Positions 35,731-46,404 of a stretch of DNA of 64,000 bases are shown one piece after another. The notes below the pieces were generated by a model. It made no database searches and was not told the origin of the DNA. It saw only the letters and a list, made by a program, of their open reading frames with translations. Source of the stretch: Malacoraja senta (lineage: Eukaryota). The stretch lies in assembly GCA_038087875.1 (NCBI GenBank), contig CM075992.1:7504001-7568000 (forward strand). The letters are read 5' to 3'. The number at the start of each line of letters is the position of its first letter. Within the stretch, counting starts at the first letter, position 1. The position numbers were made by a program, and so were the translations under genes.

Positions 35731-37949
35731 ATGAGTGCTGCAGGTGTAAAATCGAAAAATACTGCCGATACTCAGCAGGTCTGGTGGAATCTGTGGAGAG
35801 GAGTGAAATTAAGGTTTCAGGTTGCTCTTTACGAGAATTGGGAACATTTCTATGTTTTAAGTTACGAAGAAGGGATGGGTGTAGGAGGGAAAGTGCAGAT
35901 ATATCTGGATTCAGGGCAAGAAACGTGCTGCTGGTGTGCCTGGGTACAAGGATGAGGAATATAAAAAGTAAATAGTGCCAAGTACAGGGTTAAGGAGGTA
36001 CTTTGTGGGTGTAGGCAGGAACTGCAGATGCTGCTTTAAACCGAAGATAGACACAAAAAGCTGGAATAACGCAGCGGGTTTGTCAGTATCTCTGGAGAAA
36101 AGGAATCGGTGACGTTTTGGATCGAGATCCTTCAGACCCGAGTCTGAAGAAGGGTCTTGACCTGAAACGTCACCTATTCCTTTTTTCCAGCTGACCTGTC
36201 TAACCTGTCTAGCTTTCTGTCCACTTTGTGGGTGTGCCTGGTACAAAGAAAGGAAAAGTGCTGTGCAGGTGTGCTTAGTTACCTGAATGGGTAACCTGCA
36301 CCTGGTATCATTTTCATTTACAGTCCCTGAGGTTGTTAACTTCCATTGCAGCTCTGAGCTGTGAAATGGATGAGACTTGCAGACTCTGCCACAGCTGGCA
36401 TTTCAGGAGCATGTTTGGAATGCTGGGCCATTCTATTGTTTGCTCATGTACCCTTCTTGCTCCCATTATAGACATTTAGAGTGCTTGGTGTTTTCCTTGG
36501 TAGATGCTTCACTATTTTTAGCCATCATAGGTTAGGGGTTGAAGAGATTATTGCATTCATTTTTAAAGACATTTTGACAAAGCCCTTGAAGTGTTTATTT
36601 AAACTGGAGATCCTTTGCCCTTCAATTTAGCCCAATTTGTCCATGCTGATCAAGATGCCCCATCCTAAGCTACTCCCATTGGGTCCATATCCATCCAAAC
36701 TTTTCCTATCCATGTACCCGTGTGCAGGAAAGAACTGCAGATGCTGGTTTAAATCGAAGATAGACACAAAATGCTGGAGGAACTCAGCGGGACAGGCAGC
36801 ATCTCTGGAGAGAAGGAATGGGTGATGTTTCTGATCGAACCCCTTCTACAGCTGAAAAGCTTTTGTGCCTTTTTTGCCATTCATAGAGTCATAGTGTTGG
36901 AAACAGGCCCTTCAGGCCAACTTGCCCACACATGTCCCAGCCACACTAGTCGCACCTGCCTGCATTTGGCCCATGTCCCTCAACCTGTCCTATCCATATA
37001 CCTGTCTAACTGTTTCTTAAACATTGGTATGGTTTCTGCCTCAACTGCCACCTCTGGTAGCTTGTTCCATACACCCAACACCGTTTGCGTGGAAAAAGTC
37101 ACCCCTCAGATTCCTATTGAATCTTTTTCCCTGCACCTTAAACCTATGTCATCTGGTCCTCTGTTCACCTACTCTGGGCAAGAGACCTCATTTAGTTCAA
37201 GGTTAATCTTTTTGCTTGGCAGCACTTTCCAGTACTAACTTTAAATCTGTTGATTCCTTTGATATCTTTAAAAAAAACTATTGCCCTCTATCATGAGTTT
37301 GGAGAGCTTGAGATTCCCTACCCTGGGTAAAGAGACATCCATAAACCTCCAAATTCAATCTTCCATATTGACACCTCCAATGTGATGTCACCCATGTCCT
37401 CAACCTTGTTTTTCAATACTCCCAAGGGGGTAGTTCTTCCTCTTCTGCTTTTCCTACCTCCTGTCCCCCCCCCCCCCCCCCCCAACTTCCCCTTTCAGTT
37501 TGAAGAAAGGATCGGACCTGAAACGTTGCCCATCCTTTTTCTCCAGAGATGCTGCCTGACCTGCTGAGTTACTACAGCACTTTGAGTTGACCCTTTCCCT
37601 ACTTCCAGTCCCCCCCCAGAAGAAGGGTTTCAACCTGCTGAATTACCCCAGCATTTTATGTCTATGGACTTCCTGCTTGTTGTGATTCATATTTCCAGCT
37701 ATAACCACTGTACTTTGCACATTATGATGCAACAATAGGAGATGCTGCACCTGTTTTTACTTTCATCCTGACCTGGGCCCAAACTATTCTCCAAGTGAAG
37801 TGTACAGTGTACTGCATTTGGTGCTCCAATGTGCTCAAAATAGTCAATACTTTGATTCTCATCTTCAAAATTATTTTACACTCTGGAATATTTTGTGGCT
37901 TGGTAGAAAATTTTCACTATTTTAAGGGGGTGAGAGAAAAGGGGATCTG

Positions 37950-38645
37950 TTGTCCAAGTAGCCCAACCTCAATAGTAGGGGAAAATGTAGTAGTATGTAT
38001 AAAGAAGTATGGTGTATCAGAATGCTTTGAAAGGAATTGTAAGATTGAGAAAAATCAGCATGAATTTATGGAAAGTAAGTCACGTTTGCCTAATCAACCG
38101 GAGTTCTTCCGAAGATGTGGTTATAGAATAGATAAGGAAAATCCAGTTGATGTGCTGTATTTGGATTTTTACGGATCTTTTGATAAGGTCTTAAGAAGGG
38201 GGTTGGTCAAGGTTACAGCGCACGAATTTGGGGATACCATGTAGATGGAGATTTAGTTACTGTTCAGAAAGCAGAGTTGAAATAAGCTGAGAAGGGTCAA
38301 ATTGGCAGGCTTTGTCGATTGGAACATGATTGGTGTTTGTGACCTCGCATGTTTGAAGTCTTCTCAGCTTATTCCAACTCAGATTTTCTGAATAATAAGG
38401 TTGAAGGATGAAATGTCATATTTCCAACTTCTCTGATGCTACTGATCTATATGGGATTGTAAGCAAGGAGGAGGATGTAAAGTGGATTCAAAAGGATATA
38501 AAACAAGCTGAGTGAATGAGTGAAAGCATGGTGGATGGAATATAATGTGCAAAACCAGGAGATCATCCACTCTCCACATTACAGTAAAGAAACTATAGGT
38601 AAAAATAGTGAGTGATTGTATGATATTGATATTGAAAGGGATGTT
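37950..38645 (+). mobile_element. Old degenerate CR1 RT fragment
   Basis: NQHEFM..KS, VDVLYLDF..SFDKV motif remnants. Confidence 0.7.
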
Positions 38646-39919
38646 CCAGCATCGGCAGTGCCTGTGGCTTCAAAGGGATCTAGATGCTCATAAGTTCTAG
38701 GAGCAAAATTAGGCCATTTGGCCCATCAAATCATGACTGATCTATCTTTCCCTCTCAACCCCATTCTCCTGTCTTCTCCCCATTACTGCTGACACCATAC
38801 TTAATCAAGAATTTGTCAATCTCTGCCTTAAAAATATCCATTGACGGCCTCCACAACCTTCTGTGGCAATGAAAGAGACTATTTCATATTAACCCCCGCC
38901 TCCCCGTACATAACGTACATGGTCTTGCTTTAGATACCTCCGTGCTGGTGGAGTACCACTAGCCTGCAAAAATCAACAGACACTGAAAGTGAGCCAACAA
39001 CGGGTATCCCTTTTCATGGCTAATATTCCTAGCATTGAATAGTAAGAAGGAACTCTCAATGCTGGTTTACAACAACAAAAACACCCTGCTGAAGTAACTC
39101 AGCGGGTCAGGCAACATCCCTGAAGTACATGGATAGGTGATGTTTTGGTTGGGACCTTCAGACTGATTGTAGGGGGGGGGGGGGGAGAAAGTAAACTGGA
39201 AGAGAGGAGGGGCAGGACAAAGCCTGACAGGTAACAGGTGAATACAGGTGACGTGTGAGTTTTTTGTAGGCCGATGGTTGGCCAAATGCCAGAGATATAA
39301 TTAAACAGTAGGAGTAAGACAAAAGGATAGAGGCGTTGCAACTGGGGGTTCACATTGTTTCTTTGCTACAGACTCCTGAAACAGGCACACTGTTTCAACC
39401 TTTAAATGATAATCAGAGAGAAATAGCCATCAGGCTATTAAACCTGGCTCGGACATAACACTGAACTTTACTAGCCAATACTGTTATTTGCACTTTATCA
39501 GTATATTGACCATTGTGTATATATTTATAGAATGCCTTGTAGTAAATGCCTACTATGTTCTGTTGTGCTCAAGCAAAGCAAGAATTTCATTGTCCTACCA
39601 GGGACACATGACAATAAACTCACTTGACTTGACTTGACTTGAAATATTCAAGGTGCTCTCAATGAACATGGGTACGAATGATTAGATATCAGATGCAGAA
39701 ATGATGGATCAGCCCTTCTAACATTTTGTTTCCTGATGTGGTTTGTCAATGCCTCTTGTATATTGAAGCATAACCACCTTTTGTATTCAATTCCTTTAAA
39801 TAAACAACATAATTGCTGATTATGACCCGCATGTTGGCCTTCTGTGAATCGAGCTATAGACAAACAGATCCCTCTGCATGAAGAACATATGTACAGAGGA
39901 GGAATGCCTGGTAGGGAAA

Positions 39920-40465
39920 TAGCTTGCAACCCAGCGGTATGAATGTTGAGCTTGCAACCCAGCGGTATGAATGCTGATTTCTCCAATTTCAAGTAATCCC
40001 TGCATTCCCTGTCTATCCGCCCCTTCCCCACCCTAGTCATCCTGCCAGATTCACTATTTGCATGGGGTGGAAGATTGCAACCTTCACGTGGTCCGCCCTG
40101 TTTGACAAATGCAATCAACCTGGCGTGCACAATCAAATAAGATCAAATAGAACAAGTTGTCCTACAACTTTAGGCTACGCACGCCATACGCAAAAAGAAG
40201 ACGACGACTATTTGCATCCATATATACCTTAATTCTCACTTCTTCCACAGCCAACAATGGGCCATTGTGGGCTCCACCTTTTCTTGTTCAATGGTGCAGG
40301 CTCTGAATTGTTCTGAACTTTTTCATACTCTAATTTCCCCTGCCCTGACTCGGTCTGAAGAAGGGACCGAAACATCATCTATTCATTTCTCTAGAGATGC
40401 TGCCTGACCTGCTGATTTACTGCAGTATTTTGTGTCTATCTTCGATGTAAACCAGCATCTGACGT
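39920..40465 (+). mobile_element. Penelope 3' fragment (LQPSGMNADFSNFK*, UTR, hammerhead-like terminal repeat)
   Basis: GIY-YIG C-terminal peptide with a local tandem duplication, and a terminal repeat at ~40354-40465. It hosts copy 3 of the ribozyme SINE. Confidence 0.7.
40064..40206 (+). mobile_element. SINE-like retroposon with HDV-like ribozyme head, copy 3
   Basis: Perfect TSD actatttgcat (40053-40063 / 40207-40217). The 5' end reads GGGGTGG AA GATTGCA ACC TTCACGT GGT CCGCCCT GT TTGA CAAA TGCAATC. Confidence 0.85.
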
Positions 40466-41797
40466 TCCTTCCTACATGTAGGGAATGTGCAGTGCAGCTA
40501 AACGGAGGAATACTTTTCACACCGTAGTATACTGAGGTACAGGAATAAGGGAATAAACATTAGGTACGTCGAGGTACAGCTGTGAAATATGTAGTGCAGT
40601 TATACATAGAATAAAAACTTTAAAGATATCATCCTTGCAGCTAATTTAGAGCAGGCTATATTAATAGTTGTTGGGTTTAAGAAGGAACTGCAGATGCTGG
40701 AAAATCGAAGGTAGACAAAGGTGCTGGAGAAACTCAGCGGGTGCAGCAGCATCTATGGAGCGAAGGAAATGGGCAACGTTTTGGGCCGAAACCCTTCAGA
40801 CTTCTTCAATAGTTCTTCTTCCATAGTTGTTGGTATTTGACCTGCTTTGGGTGAGGGTTTAAATAATACATAATATATGCTGGTTTCTGCCCATTATTTA
40901 ATCTTCTAAATATATTCCAATTTCAGATAAAATAACTTTTTACTATTTTACAGTTGACAGTTTCTATGATACTAAGTTTATAGTGGTACCTGGCAGCTGA
41001 TTAAACATAGAATTATTCATAATTGATAACTATCTGTGGAATGCCTCAGATTTGGTATGCTATTCTCTGTTTGCAGATTTATTTAGTGAAGCTGGTGCAT
41101 GGTTACATTGTTTTGTTTGGATTGAATCAATTTTCCACATATAGTAGGTGGGATTCTTAATTTAGTGCTGCCTTTTGCCATTTTTCTGCATCCTTATAAA
41201 GAAAATCAGAAAGTGCTGGAAGAACTCTGAAGGCAGAGATGCTGCCTAACCTGCTAAGTTACTCCAGCAATTTGTTTTCTTTTTTGAACAGCAGTTCCTT
41301 GTGCCTCCATATAGAGCTTGCAGTGTGCATGTTGTCTGCATCTCAGTGGGAGCTCTCTTGCCTGTCTTCTGGGCAGAAATGTTGTGTTTCCCTTTGATGC
41401 AGTACTGAGAGATATGCCATTGAAGAAGCCATTTGAATAGCCTCTCCAACACTCTGTTCCCACCAATTTGAAGACCGGCAAAATCACTGGAGTTCCTGCC
41501 AATATTTGTACCTACGCTTGTTGTATCACTGCTGCTTTTTAATCCTTGCTCTGCATAAATTGGACTCCAAAGTGCTTCCAGTTGTCCCGAGTTGGTGAAA
41601 GACACCATATAAAAGCTTGCTTACGATATGTGCAGTGAGCACATATTGAAAGTACCCTAGAGTTCTAGTACTTGTGTAGGGCTGTTTGGAACTGGTTGAT
41701 ATAACATCTTTGTTTCATCGTATGGACGATAAGTCTCAGTGATATTTGCATCGGGAAAGATTTTTGGGATGGTTTGCCTGTTACTGTGAGCCAGATA

Positions 41798-42127
41798 GGA
41801 CGACAGATGCGCAATGGGCTAAGTGTTCGGCTGGCAACCGGAAGGTAGCCGGTTCGAATCCCGCTTGGAGTGCATACTGTCGTTGTGTCCTTGGGCAAGA
41901 CACTTCACCCACCTTTGCCTGTGTGTGAATGATTGGTGGTGGTCGGAGGGCCCGTAGGCGCAGATTAGCAGCCACGCTTCCGTCAGTCTGCCCCAGGGCA
42001 GCTGTGGCTACAGAAGTAGCTCACCACCACCGAGTGTGACTGAGGAGTGAATGAATAATGCGATGTAAAGCGCCTTGAGTATTAGAAAGGCGCTATATAA
42101 ATCCCATCTATTATTATTATTATTATA
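41798..42127 (+). mobile_element. tRNA-derived SINE resembling teleost AFC/CORE-type SINE with L2-type tail
   Basis: B-box ggttcgaatcc, gtcgttgtgtccttgggcaagacacttcaccc, gccccagggcagctgtggctac, tail gtaaagcgccttgag...aaaggcgctatataaat and (tat)n. Confidence 0.8.
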
Positions 42128-44087
42128 TTGGTGTACTCAGTTTAAATATTGGATGTCCTCATGTTTGAGTATCACACTGGATGGCAAGATTGAAAAGTTT
42201 CCCATCAGTTTGCTATGCAGTGGGTATCACTGGCAGGAAGTAATGAAGATAGACACAAAATGCTGGAACAGGCAGCATCTCTGGAGAGAAAGAATGGGTG
42301 ATGTTTTGGGTCAAGACCCTTCTTCAGACAATAAAGAGCAGATTTCCAAGAAGAAATCCAGATCTGGTTTGCAAGTTCTAGCTGCAGGATGTGGTTGTTA
42401 AGCACAACTCTGCTGTTCTGCTCATTGTGGATGTGTGTCTGACACATGCCACCTCGTATGTTCTCCATTCCCAACTCGATCAATGCCAAATGGGCCACTA
42501 TAGACTTTGTTCTTCTTCAGGTAATCTGTTGCTGGCCCGGATTTGTACTGGCCTTTTCTTGCCTCCAGCCATCCCACCCCCACCTCCATTTTTCAGTCTG
42601 AAGGAGGGTTCCAACCTGTTACGTCACCTATTCCTTTTCTCCATGGAGCTCATTGAAAAGCTTAGATTGATAGACTTCTGAATATTAAGGGAATCAAGGA
42701 ATGTGATATAAAGTAATAAAAACGATCGGCAGATGCAGGGCTGCCAAGACTGGCCCCTGCTTGCCTTCAAAGACCGGGAACCAGAGAGGAGGTTGTTGGA
42801 ATAGTGCCGAATGCTGAACAAGGTCCAGTAAGAAGGAACCCGGGATCTTACCTTTGAAGACAGGCATAATCACTGAAGTTCCTGCCAATATTTGTACTTA
42901 CACTTGTTTTATCACTGCTTTTTTAAATCCTCACTCTGTATACATAGCCCTTCAAAGCAAAGGTACTTTTTGACTGTAAAATACTTCTGGTTGTCCCAAA
43001 GTAGTAAAGGGACCATGTAAAAGGTCAGCTGCGGGAGTCTCCCTGGGGCACGATGGTTGATGATGGCCACGCAAGGAGAGGGTGATGGTTCACGGGATGA
43101 CTAGATGGAGACGACAGCTGCAGCAGCCTTTAATGCCAGCTGCAGTTGGGACTGAAATGGTGCCAAAACCTGGCGACTCTTGCACATGGACTCAGTGGGC
43201 TGTTACTATGTATTATGTACTTATTGTACTCATGGCAATAATTTCTACTGATCTGTAATGCAAAAAAAAAAGTATTCCGCTGAACCTTGGTGCACGTAAT
43301 AACAAAGGAACCATTGAGCCATTATACCAAAGATAGACTCAGAAGAAGGGCCCTGACCTGAAATGTTACCTATCCATTTTCTCCAGAGATGTTGCCTGAC
43401 CCACTGAGTTACTGCACCATTTTGTGTCTATTTTTGGTCAATGCTAAAGCTGTCAAAAGAAATGTTACAAGGACGCCCTCAAAGCATCCGTGGGGGAATT
43501 TTGAGAATGGCATTGAAAGTCAGGAAGTTTGGTGAGATGCATGGAATAAAGATAGCATTGGCCTGCCATGACAGTTATGTAAGTTGGTAGAATGATTGGA
43601 TCATTGGCAGATGAAATTTAATGCTGAGAAATGTGAAGTGTTACATTTTGGTAGGAGGAATGAGAAGGAGCAACAGGGGCACAAGAACAGAATTGTGGAT
43701 GGTTTATTGAAGCTGGCAGGGTAGCTGGCAAAAGTCATTTTACCAGAAAATTACTTCTAAATCAAAGCTCAGATGCAATGTGTTGTTTAAAACTGTTAAG
43801 TTATTCACTTTGGCACACAAAATAGGAGTTTGTTAAAAGAAAGAGATTGGCTATTGTTGATGTTCTTGATGCAGTTGCAGAGGGCCTTAAACAGTACAAT
43901 ACAATAAGAAAGCACCTGAGTATTGTGTACAGTGCCTGTGAAAGGACATCCTTGCCAGTGAGTGCAGTAATGATTCACTACAATGATTCCAGAGATGGTA
44001 GGTTTGACATGGAAGGGATTAAATGGTCCTGGACTGCTTCTGTTAAGTTTAGAAGAATAAGAGTTCTCATTGAAACTCAAACTCTTA

Positions 44088-44412
44088 AGGGCCTGTCCCA
44101 CTGGACGAGGTAATTCAAGAGCTCTCCGAGTTTAAAAAAAAAACAAACTCGTGGTAAGCACGTAGAATGTACGTAGCAGGTACGTCGGAGCTTGGGACTT
44201 CTCTTAGCGGCTCGTAACGCTAACGGCAGGTACTCGGATAAGCTCGTGAAATCGGATAAGCTTGTGAAATCTCGTGAAGATTTTCAACATGTTGAAAAAT
44301 GTCCACGAGAGCCCCGAGTACCTACGAGCGGCTATTACCGTAATTCTCCGAGTTCGAATCAGGGGACACTCGGGAGCACTCTTGAATTGGCTCGTACAGT
44401 GGGACAGGCCCT
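44088..44412. mobile_element. PIF/Harbinger-type MITE (325 bp)
   Basis: TIRs of ~34 bp starting AGGGCCTGTCCCACTG, TTA TSD (44085-44087 / 44413-44415), and empty site actcTTAcac in copy B (~47766). Confidence 0.9.
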
Positions 44413-45245
44413 TTACACGACTCAACAGGCTGGTACAGCTGTGGAAATTTCCTTGGCTGAGAACCAGAAAAGAAAACCATATCAGAAAAGGGCACAACAT
44501 GCTGGAGTAACTCAGCGGGTCAGGCAGCATCTCTCGAGAACATGGATAGGTGACATTTCAGATAAATTTGAGGGGGGGGGGGGAGCTCCTACATTGATCT
44601 CTGGTTCTTAGCTGTGGTTTCACAGACCACTTCAACAACCCATGAAACAGGAGTCATCCTTGATCCAGAGAAACTGCTGCAGGAGGATATCTGTGTTATG
44701 TTGCAGTATAAACATCCTCCCAGTTTACCAATGGACGATTTGTGTACAGCTCGTGTGTACGATCAAGTGTTGGGGAGGCTTGATGGGGTGGTTTGCCGGT
44801 TGCAACAGGATTGCAGGCATCATCTTTTGCGCAGGGAAACTTCCCAGCTGCATTTCCGACTTGCGAACTGTTCAGCTTGCAGAACTCTGCTGCAATTTGG
44901 TAGGACCTGTGTGCTTTTACATGGAACAGTGTTGATATTTTAAGCCAACTCCAATAAGCACTTTTACCAGTTCTGGCTTCAAATTTCAGAATAATTATTT
45001 GCTGCTGAAAGTTCCAGGTCTACGCGACTTTGCTTGGTTAGGGGTTAATCAGTATTTCGTATGCAACAAAATTCTGTGTTTAACCAATTAACATTTAACA
45101 AATTAGCAAACCCTTGCAATCTCCATTCATTTGGTAAGTGCCTTGAGGTTTGTTGTAAAAATCTAGAAAGTTTTTCTTTATGGTTGATGACTGAGTGGGG
45201 AATATAATGAAGCTTTATTGGAGAAGCATGGATTGATAAAAAATA

Positions 45246-45708
45246 GATCTATTGATGCTCCTGAACACATCATCAGTGATGTAACCTGGGGGTCATTGGG
45301 TGTTTCGGGTCTTTCAACATCAGACACCCTCACCCAGGCGACCCAGCCATGGTTGATCAGACCACGACGTGTTCAGGTGGCATTCGCTCCTCCCCATGGA
45401 CCTCCTCTCCTGATCCACAGCCATCTCGAGGCTTCCTCCGCTGCCTCTGTGATGTTCTTGATGGCTCTTCTCCTCTCCATTCCGTTAATGCCCAGTGCAC
45501 TCAAGGCTTTGTAGAGCGATTGCCCTGCAAAACCTCTGCAGCCAACCTCGATGGGCATACACCTTGCCTTCCAGCCCTGCTTACGGCAGTCTATGACCAG
45601 CTCTTCATACTTGGTCATCTTCCTCTCGTGGGCCTCCTCCAGACGGTCCTCCTACGGCACTGTCAGTTCCAACAAGACAATGTTTTTGGTCGCCTCTGAG
45701 ACCAGGAG
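45246..45708 (-). mobile_element. HERO-like (restriction-like endonuclease) non-LTR retrotransposon 3' end
   Basis: Translation IVLLELTVP*EDRLEEAHERKMTKYEELVIDCRKQGWKARCMPIEVGCRGFAGQSL...SRWLW; absent from duplicate copy B. Confidence 0.8.
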
Positions 45709-46147
45709 TTTGGATTGAGGCATGTTAAGCTAGACATGATAGAGTCTGAAGAAGGTCTCGACCCGAAACATCACCCATTCCTTCTCTCCAGAGACGCTGC
45801 CTGTCCCGCCGAGGTACTCCAGCATTTTGTGACTATCTTTGGCTATAAAACCAGCATCTGCAGTTCCTTCCTACACACAGTCTTCACATTGGGAGCATTG
45901 TCCATTGTGCTGTCAATGGAGTTGACCAGTGACTCGTTGCGAATGGAGAAGATTAGAACAGGAAACATCCAGACGTGCCCTAATGAGGTGCCGGTCTAGT
46001 AAAGCTGCACCAGGGAATGAAATCATGCTAAATAGCAACAGCAGCGTGCAATAGAGCCAAGAAATCCTGCAACTGAAAGATCAGATTTTGCAATTTTGCC
46101 CTATTCAGTCATTGATAGTGGTGAGCAATTATACAATTAAGCTTAAG

Positions 46148-46390
46148 GGGGGCACACCAATGGCATAGTGGTGGAACTACTGCCTTACAGAGCCAGAGAA
46201 CTGGGTTCAATCCTGACTACGGATGCTAGCCATACAGAGTCTGCATGTTCTCCCAGTGTTCGTGTGGGTTTTCTCCAGGTGCTCCGGTTTCTTCTCGCAT
46301 TCCAAAGATGTACATGTTTGTAGTTAAATTAGTTTCTGTAAATTGCTCATAGTGTGTAGGATAGAACTATTATACGGGGATTATTGGGTA
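46148..46390 (+). mobile_element. V-SINE at the junction between the duplicated units
   Basis: tRNA head and V core, tail truncated. Confidence 0.75.
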
Positions 46391-46404
46391 ATAAAAATGA
46401 TCTG

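Larger units (their letters stand above)
42729..46065 (+). repeat. Intronic tandem segmental duplication, copy A
   Basis: Collinear with 46405-48993 from gcagatgcaggg to gagccaagaaat; carries two extra insertions. Confidence 0.92.

Noticed and set aside
44706..44785. miR-30-like string tataaacatcctccc with a loose hairpin
   Set aside because: The seed mismatches, the 3' half is unrelated, and the pairing is too irregular for a pre-miRNA.
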